Assembly: GCF_009914755.1 (NCBI RefSeq)
Contig: NC_060932.1
Source of the DNA: the human T2T-CHM13v2.0 reference genome, Homo sapiens
Direction: 5' to 3' (one strand)
DNA: 64,000 nucleotides
Made by a program: the position numbers and the translations under genes
Notes under the pieces: generated by a model
What the model was told of the DNA's origin: nothing
The model's database searches: none
What the model saw: only the letters and a program-made list of their open reading frames with translations
In this document: positions 45,689-61,718 of the stretch, one piece after another
Position numbering within the stretch: the first letter of the stretch is position 1
How the letters are laid out: each line of letters opens with the position of its first letter

Positions 45689-45889
45689 TATTTACTTAAT
45701 CTGGTCTTAGCCTACCACTGTTGTGTTTCTTCATCCTTTTATCATCATTGTGTTTATACTTAAGCACCACCAAAGTGCTTATCTTTTTCTACTTATACCA
45801 TTCTACTTCTGGCCTTTGTGCCTTAGCTCAGGCTTTCCCTCTTTGCTCCTTTCTTTTCTTTCTTTCCTTTCCTCTTTCTTTTTTTCTTC

Positions 45890-46460
45890 TTTCATATCAG
45901 GCATCCTTGGCAGAGAAAACAGCAAGTACAAAGCCATGAGCTGGGAAAAAATGTGTTGTGTTGGACAAAATAAAGGAGGTCTTTATGAATGCAGAATAAT
46001 GAGTTAGGAGAAGAAATCGATGGGATGAAGTTGAAAAGATAAGCAGGGACCAAATCATGCATATTTAGAGACCCATGGTAAGGAGTTTAAATTTAATTTT
46101 AAACAAAATTGATAATTATTTAAAAAGTTTAAGAGAGTGCCATGGTCTGGTTTGCATTTTAAGCTTACTCATGCTGCTGTGTAGGGAATGGTTTGTAGGT
46201 TGGCAAGAAGAGGTCCAAGGAGATCATTAGTAGGAAAAACCAGCACTGGATGATGATACCTTGGATTAGGGTGGTAGTAGTAGAAATAGGCAGAAAAATG
46301 TATATATTGGAATAAAATTTGTAGTTATAACTTATAGGACTTGCTGGTGACTCAGATGTGGGTGCTAAAGGGAAGAGAGGATTTCTGCCTTTGGTAAAAG
46401 ACTTGCACTTTATTTTAAAGCAATAGGGAGCCATGGAAGGTTTTAGCAGAGGAGTGTATA
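45890..46460 (-). mobile_element. L2 LINE fragment
   Basis: GGTAAGGAGTTT...GGTCTGGTTTGCATTTT...GGATTAGGGTGGTAG...GCAATAGGGAGCCATGGAAGGTTTTAGCAG. Confidence 0.7.
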
Positions 46461-48529
46461 CTCCTATGTTTTCCTGCAGGAGGCCTTCCTAGTTTTCCTG
46501 CAGGAGGCCTTCCTAGTACCTCCTGTTGACATTAATCTCTCCCTCCTCTGTGCCTAATGGTTTTGACTCTTACACAAAAGGTGGCATAGGTACAGGTTAA
46601 AAGCATAAGGAATTTTGTGGCTGAACCGATGCAAGTTGATTTGCGTTCCATGTCTATTTTCTATGAAATGTATGACTTGGATAAATCTATTCAACTCTGT
46701 GCCATTCTTCTTCAAGTATGAGTAGCATCTAAATTAAAGTTTTGTTGGATTAATTAAATGAAACACTGGGTGAGAGAAATGTACTTTAGGAAGGGGAGGG
46801 AGAACACTTAGCTTTAAGTTTAGGGGAGTGGCACTTAATAATTATTATATCTAATATTTGTGGAGTAACTACCATCTGCCAGATACATTCTAAGTGTTTT
46901 ACTCTTTATAACAATCTGATGTAATTACTGTTGTTATCCTCCTTTAAAAGTGAACATATAGATGCCCATAGAGCTTAAAAAATATACCCAATGTTATACT
47001 GTAATGCTTAACTCATATGTAAGTATTTCTCTGTATTTTTATTTATCTATATCACTCTCAGACAGCAGGGAGTGGTGTATCTTCTCCATCTCACTCTCTT
47101 CTCCATCGCTGGCACATTGCAGAAAATAAATTCACATATGTGGAGTGAGTGGACTTCCAGCCTTTGACTCACATGTCAAACTTCCTGTTTTGACTAGATG
47201 GAGAGCAGAGTCTTGGAGTACTGGCTTTGTTGAGCACGTCCATGCCGCTGAGCTTGGAGTGTCCTGAGTGCAGCTAGCTAGGGAAGCTACTCAGCTCCCT
47301 GATGAAATCAGATCCCCACATGGTCAGCCAAGTGCTCAGCTGCCCAGTCCATGGTGCGATGATCTTGTGGCTAATTTGCTTGTGCTGTTTGGTCTCAGAA
47401 GCTTAGCAATGACACAATAAAACCTTTATTAACAAGACTATTCAGTGACTACTGGGGCAGAAAAAGAAAGCTGCTTTGTTTAAACCCTTTTGCAAAATCT
47501 CTAAAATGTAGTGGCTGTCTCCTTCTGCCTTGGTTAAAAACTGTGCAGTGAAAATGATTTGTGTCTTGAAATTGAAAAATGAATGATCCTCATATATCTT
47601 GTAATGATTTCAGTGATGATTTTGGAGAGGAGGATGTGGGAAGAGATTGGGCTAAAAGTGCTCTGAGATGAGGCCTTAGCTTGAGATGCTCATTTTAAAA
47701 TAACGTGATTGGGGTGTATTTTCCCTCGGAATTAATCTTTTCCCTTAAAAACATTGGGTGGATAAAAAGGGAAAATTAATGAAAGTTTTTGGTTATTGTC
47801 CTAAGGCTTCCTCCAAATCTCACTTAATTTCTTCTCTAAAAAGTATGTAAAATGGTTTTTACTGACCCAAAGCTGTGCTGCTTTGTTTGGTTTGGTATAT
47901 ATAATTGTTCACTGGTCTGTAGGATAAGAAGGAAGAAGAGGGAAGTCACTGTTAAGAGGCACAGTAGAGAATGGATTGTTCTCTATCCTTCAAAGGGAGT
48001 TTTGGTGAATTTATTAGGGGAGCACCAGGGTTCAGAGCACGCTGTGATAGAATTGACATGTTGTGATTTACCAGACACTGAGAAGATCCCTCTGCCCAAA
48101 ATAGACACACCTGCTTGTGGATGTCTGGCAGGCCTTTAGCTGGGGACAAAGCCAGAATGGCCAGCTGTTCCCTCAGACACCCTCCCCACAGGCTGGCTCA
48201 GGCCTGAAATTCCAGCCTTGAACTTAAGGCTAAATTTTTCTCCACAATCTACTGCAAAGCACATACTTACTTCTCCCTCCTCCAACTCTAAAATAAAGGT
48301 GTCAACAGACATTTTCAATGTAGTATGAATTACATGGACTTGTGCAAATAACAGAAATTATGGAAGCAGGGGAATTCTTCTTTCCCCTTCTCCCTGCTTA
48401 ATTCTAAGACTTTGGTCAAGTCTTTAACTGCTTATATACCAGTTTCCTCCTTTTAACATGAGAATAGTAAGCCAAACTGACAAAACTCTAGGGAGGACTA
48501 AATAACACAAACGTAGAAGACCACCTAGC

Positions 48530-50990
48530 AAAAGGCCAGAAACCCAAATGTCTATCAAAGGGACATTAGGTAAATAAATTGAGATATTTACACAATGTCA
48601 TATAATGTATCCCTGAAAAGAAACATATCTGTATGTCCTGAAATACAGTAATGTCCAGGACATATTGTTAAGCAAAATAAGCAAAATGCATAGCTGTATT
48701 TATAGTATACTACAGTGTAGATAGGAAAGGAGAAGAAATAAGAAATACATATTTGTTTATGATTGCAATATCAAGATAAAACAAAAATCAATAAAAAATG
48801 CTTACCTATAGTTGGATGGAGGAAGCAGGTGAGTAGGGGATACAGAAGAGTTATGCTTCTCCACATACTTTATTTTATTTTTTGACTTTGAAATTATGTA
48901 AATGTTTTACATGATTAAAAACAAAAGAGAAAACCACATCAAAATATAACAATTTCTAAAAATTTAAAACTGAAAACGAAGAACTTAGGCATACATCAAT
49001 TCTGTGGCATAATGATCTCAAGACTTATTTTAAGTGACTTTAGAACACATATTTTGATTGTACGTCCTTAGGGAGATATATCCTAAGGACAAAAAGAAGT
49101 ACAAAGACATCTTAGATTGAATTTTGTTGGCTAGTTTTTAGTGGTGATATTTATATTCTTATTGAGTTTATTATATCTAAAATAGGATAAAGCAATTAAA
49201 CAATTAAATTATCCTTAGGAGATAAAATTTTCAGAGCAAGAAAAGATGAACTTAAAAAAATCGTTAAAAACTCTGTAGTCCTTATTTTGAATTAGAAATA
49301 TTGGTATGAATTTATAGTTTATTTTTCTTTTTCTTAAAACTACAATTTTCTCAGTCATGTCTACTGACAAGGCCTAGAACTGTGATCAGTTCAGTAGCAA
49401 TAATCACTCCAAGTACCCAGAATTTGATATCTACATGCCATTTCCATGTTAAAGGAACCAGATCTCCTTGGAGAAATGGCTGATTCTAGCATGAGCAGGA
49501 AGTATTTGAGATGAGCCTGAGATATGCTGTTATGCCCCAATGCATAAAATATATGAGGCAGCTTAAGGAGCTGATATGGTTTGGCTGTGTCCCCACCCAA
49601 ATTCATCTTGAATTGTAGCTCCCATAGTTCCCACATGTTGTCGGAGGGACTGGGTGGGAGATAATTGAATCATAGAGGCAGTTTCCCCCATACTGTTCTC
49701 ATGTTACTGACTAAGTCTTACGAGATCTGATGGTTTCGTAAGGGGTTTCTCCTTTCACTTGGCTCTCATTTCTCTCTTGCCTGCTGCAATTTAAGATGTG
49801 CCTTTGCTCTTCCTTTGCCTTCTGCCATGATGATGAGGCCTCCCCAGCCATGCTGAACTGTGAGTCAATTAAACCTCTTTCTTTTATGAATTACCCAGTT
49901 TTAGGTATGTCTTTATTAGTAGTGTGAGAATGGACTAATACAAGAGCTCCCACTGGGAAAACTTGCGAATAATTTAAAAGCAAATAGTGACTACAATGTT
50001 TTGAAACATGTTAAATATGCAAAATCCACAAGTTCATTTGAAGGTTGTGTGGGCACTAACTCACTATTCTGAAAAAAGACAAAAGGAAAGAATCAGGCAT
50101 TAATCTGGCTTTTGTTGTTGTTTTCAGATAAACGATGAGGAAAAATTGTTCTTTATTAAAGAGTTCCAACTAATAAATACTGGAGGGCTGATAGAATTAG
50201 GAAATATCCATTTTGCTAACTGTGATGAAATAATGGATCCAGGAGGCGATCATCAACGGCTGCTAAAACTGTGAAGACTGATGAGAAACTCTGCAATGAA
50301 GGGATCAGATAGACATCACCAAAACCCACTAATCAGTACTAAAGTCAGCAAACATATACAATTGGGAATCCTGGGACTCTAGATTTGCTATATAGGTAGT
50401 GTATTCAATACCTATGAGAGATTCTTATTACACACATAAATACATCCTTTGGACCTAACTACACGACATAATGATAAACAACACGACAAAAAAATCAACA
50501 AATAAAGAATTTAGGACAATCTACAGGTCGAATAATTCATCTTGACTTGCAAACAGATGACATAAAAATCTTGGGTGGAAATAGGAGAAAGGGAACTGTT
50601 GTGGATCACAAGAGTCTTAGGAGACTACCAACCAAATGCAGTGGATGAAGCTTATTGCATCTCAGTTTAATCAAACCAACTGTAAAAATGCATTTTTGAG
50701 CCAATAAGGTGAATTTGAGTGTGGCCTATTTATGAGATGATTTTATACATTAATTATTAATCTTATGTGTGATAATGACATTATGATCATGTTTCTGTAA
50801 CAGCCTCTTACCTATTAAAGACACATAATCAGGTATCTGGACTTGAAAAGATGTGATATCTGGGAGATGCTTTAAAAATATGAGGGATAAACAAAACTGG
50901 TAGGCTCTTGAAGATTGCTGAAGCTGGAGATGGGTAATGGGAGTTATCTTCTGGTGTTCTTTTGTGTTTGAACTAAAAATAAGCAAAACA
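48530..50990 (+). mobile_element. Old L1MC-like 3' region, interrupted by THE1
   Basis: AACCCAAATGTCTATCAA; AAAGGAACCAGATCTCCTTGGAGAAATGGCTGATTCTAG; AACCAAATGCAGTG; GAAGCTGGAGATGGGTA. Confidence 0.7.
49572..49942 (+). mobile_element. THE1B/C solo LTR
   Basis: TGATATGGTTTGGCTGTGTCCCCACCC...CTAATACA. TSD GGAGC/AGAGC. Confidence 0.92.
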
Positions 50991-51575
50991 TCTGTTTCTA
51001 ACACATAGCAGATCTTAACGAAAGATTTCTTATCTTTTTATTTTTAACCCAAATTATGTTTTGGAGGTCAGACTTTCTCCCTGGCTAATGTTTATGAGCA
51101 TGGGGGAACCACTCGCAGCCTGGTTTGGGTGGCCATGGGAAGGGAGGAGAGAAAAGTGTTTTAAAGGAGAAGAGTGGTACAAAACTAGGATGTGCCTGGG
51201 CATGCCAAGGTGATCTTTGTTATTTTTCTATTTTGCTGGCCCAGATCACTGGCTATCTTCACAAATGTATGCAGTGTCTTCATGTAAATTAGAAATAGAC
51301 TTGCCAGGATGTGTGGTGAAGAAGAGGATTTTGTAGGATTTTAACTCCTCCTTACCCAGAAAGCTGGTTAAGAGGCATAAACAATACAGACACATGAAGT
51401 GTGGACCCCGGCCCTATTGTCAGGTGCAGAGAAGAAAAACAGACCGTTGAGATTTTTGAGTGGTCTGAGAGAGATAGCTCACCCTTCATACACACCCTTC
51501 TTACATACCCCTGACTCTGTTTTCTACTTCTAGAGGTGAGAAGCTGTTGGGGATTTCCATATTCTTCCTTCCTTT

Positions 51576-51601
51576 TATTATTATTATTATTATTATTATT
51601 T
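51576..51601. repeat. (TTA)n microsatellite
   Basis: Direct reading. Confidence 0.9.
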
Positions 51602-52836
51602 GGTAAAACAACAGGATAAATAGCAAGAGAAGTTTTGTTGAAGGAATCTATCATTTTTCCATAAGTTAGTGCCTGAAATACATCAATAAGATTCCAGGAA
51701 TGTGGGCCTGGTGTTGGAGGATTGTGTTGGGGATTGGGGGGCAGGGGTGGAGGGTGCTTGGCCTTTTTGCAGAGACATGAGTGTAAGGGGCAAACTGGGA
51801 GTTATTTCCAATCAGGAGAAAGGGTTCCTGGGGTATAGGTTAACTTTAAGTTCATTATCTGAAGGTATATCCCAGGCTTGGCCTGGAATTGGAAGTAGCT
51901 GCTGTGTGATGCTCAAAACAAAAATAAACAGCAGGTGGCTCAAATATACTATGAGGGAGACAGTGTAGTAGGACAAAAATGGATTTCTCCACTGTGAATA
52001 CAGACAGGAGCATGCCCAATTGTTGTGGGTGGAGGTAGGGAGTAGTTGCAGAATTACTGGGTTGATTTTGGCAGGGGGTAGGACACATATTGTCCCACCA
52101 CCCACTTTCTGATCCTTTGTATCAGCTGAGCAGGATGGGAAACTGTCCTTTGTGTGTACAGGGGCAGGGACCTGGGCTGACCTCAGCATGTGGCCATGAG
52201 TCTTTTCCCGCCTTACCATGTCTGTGGCCACTGAGGAGGAATGTCTTCCCTTGGAGTTGGCAGTCCTCCACCACTTAGTAGTTGTGGGACCTTGGGCATG
52301 TTATTCAATCTCTCTGAGCCTTAGTTTCCTGTCTATGGACTGAGGATGATAACATAGGGTTCTTGGCAGTACCAAGTGAGATAATATAATTCAAGTGCTT
52401 AGCACATCAAATGCCTGGAGGAGCTGTCCCCAATGCCAGAAACAACTTGTGAATCTTAGTTCATTCAAAAAGGAGAAGGAGCCTGGAGCTGTGTAGCTGT
52501 TTCTATGAAGGCTTTATTTGCATGCTCATTTCTCTCTCAGAGGGACAACTACAACTAGTCAATTAGAGCAGAATGTTGGCTAAGAAAATTCAACCCAGCT
52601 CAGTAGAAGTGAATGCTGTGAAAGTGTTCTTCCATTGCCGTATCACAGCCTTTTTACTGTTCAAATGATATTGGAAGTTAAAAATACTGGGGCAAATATG
52701 CTCTTGCAATGGATCATGCCGATTTGATTTAAGGTGAGTGAGGTAATGATTTTAGGTAAATCACTAATTCATTTTGCTCAAGACATTTCACCAAAATTTG
52801 ACATAAATAGCTTCATGAAATAAGACTTAAGTTTGC

Positions 52837-53143
<307 letters not shown>

Positions 53144-53685
53144 AAGACTTAAGTTTGCTCACCTTACATGGAGCCAAACGTCATGTCACAATAGGGGAAG
53201 GAGGCATTTTCAGTAGTAAAACTTGAACTAAATAAAATGCTTTTTAAGAACTCCTATTGTTCCATTGTTTTTTGGAATCCTTACACACTGAATACCCAGA
53301 GGAATTTTTTTCCCAGAGAACAGAAGGGTCTATACAAAAACAAGCTATCTTATGGGGAATGGTAGGAGAAAATGAAAATTTAGGCCTATTGAAACATTAT
53401 TCCAGGAGTCTGACTCATCTTCCACCGTACAGACTGCTTTACTTTCCCAAGTGCTGCTCTAGTCCGCCTAAAAAACTGAGTCAGGATGACACAGTCACTT
53501 GTCATTGCTGCCATCTAATGGTGTCAGGTCATATCACAGGACAAATTTAAGACCTCAGGTGATTTGCTATTCCCTGGAATACCAGTGCTCTTACAGGTAG
53601 ACTAGGCTTACATTAAGAAGAGGACGAGACTGATTATATGGTGTGATTTTAGGGGTGAGAGGAAAGCTGGACATTCTTCAACTGC

Positions 53686-54046
53686 TGATATGGTCTGGCT
53701 CTGTGAACCCACCAAAATCTCATCTTGAATTATAATCCCCACATGTTAAGGGAGGGACCTCGTGGGAGGTCATTAAATGATGGGGGCAGTTACCCCATGC
53801 TGTTCTCATGATAGCGAGTTCTCATGAGATCTTACGGTTTTATAAGGGGCTCTTCCCCTTTGCTCTGCGATTCTCTCTCCTGCCACCTTGTGAAGAAGGA
53901 CATGTTTGCTTCCCCTTCCACCATGACTGTACGTTTCCTGAGGTCTCCCCAGCCATGCGGAACTGTGAGTCAATTAAACCTCTTTCCTTTATAAATTACC
54001 CAGTCTTGGGTATTTCCTTATAGCAGTGTAAAAATGAACGAATACA
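53686..54046 (+). mobile_element. THE1D/MSTA-like solo LTR
   Basis: TGATATGGTCTGGCT...GAGTCAATTAAACC...AATACA. Confidence 0.88.
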
Positions 54047-56866
54047 ATAACCATTATCTTTGAGAAGAATAACTCTAGGTCAATGCTACTCTAAATGTCA
54101 TCTAAGCACGCATGTCAGCTGAAGAGAGTAAGTTTCTTTAATATTGGAAGACTAGGGTGAGATGAATACGATGTCCTGAGGAAACAACCTTGACAGTTCT
54201 GTGTGACACCAGAAATATGTAAAATGACAGTGAATTGTCACTCAGGGATGCGAATGATGCTGAATATACATAACATTCTTCTGAGTAGCACTTTTATTTT
54301 TAGGGCTTTTTAACATGTATCACATCATCAATTTTGCCTCTAGATGGGAATTAGGATTTCCTGGTAGGATTGAGGGGTTGTGGGAAGCATAAACTACAAA
54401 TAAGCAAATTAGTAATTAAAGACTATTTATAACCATGATTAATTATAATGGATAAACAATTCCGTGCTTCAAAATTTTGCATACCTTCCTTGTGGTTTAT
54501 TGTTAAATAGCCACATAGCATTGTTTGCAGAATATTTTGGTTATGATGTTGAAATAGCTGAATTGTTTGATAAACTTACTCAAAACACTTTATTTAGTTT
54601 TTCTATCTGAAAGCAAACTTAATGGAACATAGTTAATATGTTTCTTCTGCCCGCCATTTTAATAATTATAGCAAATACTTATTAAATAACTAGTATGTGT
54701 GAAGTACTATTCTAGGAACTTTGGATATCTTTTAAATATAAAAGGTGATATAGTCTTAGTTATTCTGAGAAATTGTCAAGTGACGTGGTGTGTTCCTTTG
54801 GAAATCCAGAGAGCGGTTTCCATTCAAAAGCATAGTATCCATCTCCTTAAGGTTAATCAGCTGTTTAGGAATTAGATCCTGGACTGAATATTTGAATAAT
54901 TCCCTTCCTTGCTGTAGGTTCTTACTGAAAACAGTAATGTCAAAAAGAGAGTTTTTACTTAAAGGATATTTGTGATAGCAGAAACGATACCTGCCACAGG
55001 TGCACATTAGCACCCTTGGCCAATCAGTAGTCTTACAGCTTCCCTGAGAAGGTCCTGCATAATTAATAGGGAGCTGGTATCCAAACTCCGTCCAATGACA
55101 AACTAGTCAGCAGTGGGTGATCTACTGATGAGGGGATGTATGTGTTTAATTTTGTTTTGTTTTGAGCAGGTCGGTTGTAGAATTAGGAATTGGCAGCTAA
55201 AATGACCTTTGCCTTCTTTTACTCATTTGGCAGGACAAGTCCTGTAGTCATTTTCCTAAAAGCATTATCAAGTAAGGACAAGGTGTTTAAGCAGCTATTA
55301 GAGGGACTTCAGCAGTATCAGAGGTTTGAAATTAACTACTGACAATGCAGCCTTGGTTGGCAAGAGAGAGCTAGGACAGTGAAGAGAAGGCATTGATCAA
55401 GGGATTCAAAGAATAATATATCTGTGTTTTTAAAGTCTTCTATGGAGATACCTTCTCACAGTATTTAAGGCTAAGGGACAGAAACATTATCCTGGTTACA
55501 AGGTCCTTTACTAGGAAAAAAGGCAGGGTAGATGCTGTCCTTGAAATTCACAAGAGCAAATTGCGTTATATGGATTTGTGTACATTTGAGTGTTGTTAGA
55601 TTTGGAAAAAACATCCTTTCAGTATATGTTATCACAGTTCACCAACATTCATCTCTGGGAAGACAGAGTATAACACATGCTTTAAGAAATGTCAAGAAGT
55701 GTGGTGTGAGAGGAAAGTTTTCCCCTATTGTGCCATATGTGTTCATCCCAAGAATAAAAGAGCCTGAATGGATTAGCCAATGACCATTTACTAACCTGCC
55801 ATTTCACTAGCACCTATTATGTGCTAGAAACTTTGTATAATCATCTCTAATTCTCAAAACAGTATGTACCTCATTTTTTACTATGAAGACAGGAAAACTC
55901 AGAAAGATTAAATATATTGGGTAGGAACACGCAATGTATAAGTTGCAGAGTTGCTTATTCTAGGGGATCACATGAGTTTTCTACATTTATTGTCATTAAT
56001 GGGCAGAAATCTAGTTGCTACCCCCACCACCAAATAACCACAATATATATTCTTTAAATTAAACCTATGCTTTCTTCTAAAAGAAACTCAAATAATGTTC
56101 TCCCAGTGTACTGCTGATGTTGGGGTAAAGCAGATATTTTCTTCAGATGGTATTCTGTGCCTTTTATGGGCATTTGAGTGAGATTACAAAGAGCAGTATC
56201 ATTAATCATGCAAGTTGTTCCCATCTGTAAAGTGTCAATGAATTACATTCTTCAGAATGCAAGTGAGAATGGCCATCTCTGGCATTACGTATTGTGAACA
56301 GTTCTAAATTAGTGTGAAACCACCTACTCCTAGTAATCATGACAGTGTCAGGAAGTAATGAGGCATTTAATTGAAAACAGCAGACAGTATCCAGATCTTT
56401 GATAATTGCTTTTGGAAAATATTATAAAATTTGGACGGGGGAACATTCTATTTCATAATTATTTTATTAGGCTTATGTAAAAATGATTTTTGCACCTTTT
56501 TGATTCTAGGAGAATAAAAGAAGTAAGTGGCCCAGATACTCTGCTAAGCAAGAAAAAACGTCCAAGGTTAAAATGCTGGGCTGCATATGAAAACATAAAT
56601 TATAGCCAACCTTCTATATCTTAACATCACTTTCCCCAAGGTTTTTCATTGTTTATATTTGGTGTGTGCTAAGTATTTATAAATGCATTAAAGTTATTAA
56701 CCATTTTTATTCAAGTTGTTTTGCTGAACATCTTTAATCAGTATTTTCACTCCATATATGTAAATAAAAACACCATGTGTTCAAATAGACACTCCAAATG
56801 TATCTGAAAAAGTTTGTTCTCTTAAACAGCATAAAGCATTCTTCCATAGTTCTCTTCTCCAATTCT

Positions 56867-57151
<285 letters not shown>

Positions 57152-57994
57152 CCCTTCTCCAATTCTTGCTAACCAAATTTGCTTAATAGATATATTCTTT
57201 CTTATGATCCAAAGGCAAATGTCTTCTCCAAGTTTGGCGAGTTATTATGAATTCTACATCAATGTAGAACAACTTGAAGTTTTACTGTATTAATTAATGT
57301 ATTTGTAACAAGTAAGTACTGGGTATGCAGTTATGTGTGTATGTAAATGGCATAGTTGTAGGTATGTGTTTGTAACATATATATGCATTGTATATTAAAT
57401 ACATAATACATAGATGCATATATGCATGCACCGGTTGTTCTGTGTAGTATCTATTGAATTTTTCATTTATTCTTTTACCGATAGAAGTTTTTTCCCATTG
57501 AAAAGTAGTGTTTTATAAACACGAAGTTAAAAACAATCCTGAGATGTATTGACTAGGAATTCATGAAGGTAAAATTCAAAAATTTATTTGCTAGATTCTA
57601 ACAAGTTAGCATAATTCTAATACTAGAATTACCAGGTTTTAATATTGGGAAATATGTAAATAATTAAAATTTTCAATTTTTACCAAGGTGGGTGGTAAAA
57701 TAATAATAATTTAGAACACTATTTATAGAACACTAGAACTTATTCCTATCTAGCTGTAATTTTGTATCTGTTAATTAACTTCTCCATATCTCCCTGCTTC
57801 CCAGCCTCTAGTAACCATATCCTAATCTCTGCTTTTATGAGACCAAATTTTTCAGCTCCCAAATATGAATGAAAACACGTGGTATTTGTCTTTCTGTACC
57901 TGGCTCATTTCACTTAACATGATCTTCTCCAGGCTCATCCATGTTGCTGTGAATGACAGGAGTTTTTTCTTTTAATGGCTGAATAGTATTTCAC

Positions 57995-57997
<3 letters not shown>

Positions 57998-58044
<47 letters not shown>

Positions 58045-58240
58045 TATATACATATATACACATATGTGTGTATATACATATGTGTGTATATACATATATG
58101 TGTATATATACACGTATATACGTATATATGTGTGTATATATATGTATGTATATACATATATATGTGTATATATGTATGTATATACATATATATGTGTATA
58201 TATATATGTATATACATATATATGTGTATATATATATATG
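57998..58240. repeat. Compound (TA)n/(CA)n/(TATG)n alternating purine-pyrimidine tract
   Basis: Direct reading. Confidence 0.95.
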
Positions 58241-58684
58241 TTTACATAGATACACACCACATTTCCTTTTCTTTTGCTGGACATTTCAGTTAATTTCATA
58301 TCTTGGCTATTGCAAATAGTGATGCAATTAACATAGGGCAGATATATTTTTGACATATCAATTTCCTTTCATTTGAATATATACTCAGTAGTGGGATTGC
58401 TGGGTCAGATGGTAGTTCAATTTGCAGGTTTTTGAGGAACCTCCATACTGTTTCCCCTAGTGGCTATGCTAATTTGCATTCCCACCAACAGTGTATAAGG
58501 ATTCCCTTTTCTCTGCATACTCATTAGAATTTGTTATTTTTGTCCTATTTAAATAATAGCCATTCTAACAGGGGTAAGATGGTATCTCATTTTGGCTTAA
58601 TTTGCATTTCCCTGATGATGAGTAATGTTGATCATTTTTTCATGTTGGCCATTTGTATGTCTTCTTTTGAGAAACGTCTATTCA

Positions 58685-58983
58685 GGCCGGGAGCGGTGGC
58701 TCACGCCTATAATCCCAGAATTTTGGAAGGCCAAGGTGGGCAGATCACCTCAGGTTAGGAGTTCGAGACCAGCCTGGCCAACATGGCGAAATCCCGTCTC
58801 TACTAAAAGATACAAAAATTAGCTGGGCGTGGTGGCATGGCATGTGCCTGTAATCCCAGCTACTTGGGAGGCTGAGGGAGGAGAATCACTTGAACCTGGG
58901 AGGTGGAGGTTGCAAGTGAGCTGAGGTCGTACCACTGCATTCCAGCCTGAGCAACAGAATAAGACTCTGTCAAAAAAAAAAAA
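58685..58983 (+). mobile_element. AluS element
   Basis: GGCCGGGAGCGG start, A-tail at 58972-58983. Confidence 0.93.
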
Positions 58984-58988
58984 TCTAG

Positions 58989-59313
<325 letters not shown>

Positions 59314-61676
59314 CATTGCCTATTTTTAAATCACTTTTTTTTTTTGGCTGTTGAATTGTTTGAGTTCTATATATATTCTGGATATTAATCCTATTAATCC
59401 CTTGTCAGATGAATAGTTTGCAAATATTTTCTCTCATTCAGCAAGTTTGTCTTTTCACACTGTTGGTGGATTTCTTTTCTGTGCAGAAACTTTCCAATTT
59501 TATATCATTTGTGTATTTTTTTTCTTTTGTTGCCTGTGCTTTTGAAGTCTCATCTATAAAAATTTGCCCTGACAAATGCCTTAAGGGCTTTGTTCTATAT
59601 TTTCTTCTTGTAGTTTCCTAGTTTTGCATCTGACATTTAAATATTTAATCCATTTTTAGTTGGTTTTTGTACTTGTGAGGGATAGGGGTCTAGTTTCATT
59701 CTTTGGCATAAAAATATCCTGTTTTATAGTATCATTTGTTCAAGAGACTGTCTTTTCCCCAGTATAAGTTCTTGGTGTCATTGTCAAAAATCAGTAGCTG
59801 TAAATACATGGATTTATTTCTGGGTTCTCCATTCTGTTATGTTGGTCTATATATCAGTTTTTATGCCAATACTAGACTGTATTGGTTACTTTAGCTTTGT
59901 AGTATATTTTGAAGTCAAATGGTGTGATGCCTCCAGCTTTGTTCTTTTTGCTCAGGATTGCCTTGGCTACTTGTGGTCTTTTGTGGTACCATTATAATTT
60001 TAGTTTTTTTTTTTTTAATTTCTGTAAGAATGTCATTGGTATTTTGAAAGAGATTGCATTGAATCTGTAGATCATGTTGGGTAGCATGATCATTTTTACA
60101 ATATTCTTCCAATCTATTCACATGGATGTCTTTCCATTTTTTGTGTCCTCTTCAATTTCTTTCATCAGTGGTTTATAGTTTTTATTGTAGAGCTCTTTCA
60201 CCTCCTTGGTTAAATTATCCCCATGTATTTTATTTTATTTTTTGTAGGTATTGTAAATGTGATTGCTTTCTCAGTTCCCTTTTTCAGACAGTTTGCTATT
60301 GGTGTATAGAAATGCTACTAATTTTTGTATATTGATTTTGTATCCTGTAACTTTACTGAACTTGTTTTTCTGTTCTAATTTTTTTTGGTGGAGTCTTTAT
60401 GTCTTTCTATACATAAAATTCTGTTATCTGCAAACAGGCATAATTTACTCCCTCCTTTCTCATCTGGATGCTGGTTCGTTCTTTCTCTCTCCTAATTGCT
60501 TTGGCTAGGACTTCCAGTACTATGTTGAGTAAAAGTGGTGAAAGTGGGCATCCTTATCTTGTTCTCGTTCTTAGAGAAAAAACTATTAACTTTTCCCTGT
60601 TCAGTATGATGTTGGCTATGGGCATGTCATATGTGGCTTTTGTTGTGCTAAGGTATGTTCCTTCTATACTTGGGTGGTCGAGAGCTTTTATCATGAAGAA
60701 ATGCTGAATGTTATGAAGTGCTTTTTCTGCATCTATTGAGATTATCATATAGTTTTTGTCCTTCATTCTGTTGATATAGTGTATCATGTTTATTAGTTAT
60801 ATAGTGTCTATTTTGTTTAGATCTAAAATTGAGGATCTATTGATTTCACAAAAGATTTGAGTGGTGGTTGTTCAGTGGGGAAAAACACTTGCAATGGGGA
60901 TAAGCTAGATTTCTCATGACTTGGTCATATTAATCATAACTATTTTATGCAAGAGAAGCTATTGGTTCCCTTGTTATGTAATACGCTGTGACCTTATATT
61001 CCAAACCATAAAACAAAGCACATTGTATGACACTGGATTGTTGTTCTGTTTCAAGTGCCAGGGATAGTCTAAGATACAGAACTTGAACCCCAAAATATTG
61101 GTTTTAGACAATATAATGGTTAATGATAAGAAGGACAAATACATTTAATCCATGTCGACACTATTCAGTTGGTAGTGGTTGCAGTGTGGAGGGGAATTCT
61201 GAAACTATACCTGGGCTACCCAGATAAATGTTATCTGTCACAGAAAACGGTTGGTGAATGAATAGCACAATTTTAACACTGTTTCTGCGTAATTATATTT
61301 TATAAAGAAAATTCTAAAGTTACCAAAGCATCTTCTGACCTATTACTAAAAGATTAAATTTATGTTATAAGGAAGGAAGCTATATTTTTTAAATTGAATA
61401 GGTGTTTTAAATTATGTAAGTTTAACAACAGTAATAAAATTTTATTAGTGTCACATGATGTTTTGTACCCTTAAATTTCAACCACTTGAATTACTTAAAT
61501 GAATTATTTTAGGAAATAATCTGACCATAATGTTTCAATTATTGTCAGTGCCTTCCAAATAAATTATATAAATGTATGACATTTTCAACTCTGAAAAATG
61601 CGTAAGAATGGCTGAGCATGTGGTCTATGAACTCACCTGGTTGTCAAAAACCAGTTTGTCTCTTTAAGGCAAGAGA

Positions 61677-61718
61677 TTTTTTTTTTATTTTTTATTTTTT
61701 TATTTTTTATTTTTTTTA
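61677..61718. repeat. (TTTTTTA)n T-rich tract
   Basis: Direct reading. Confidence 0.85.
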
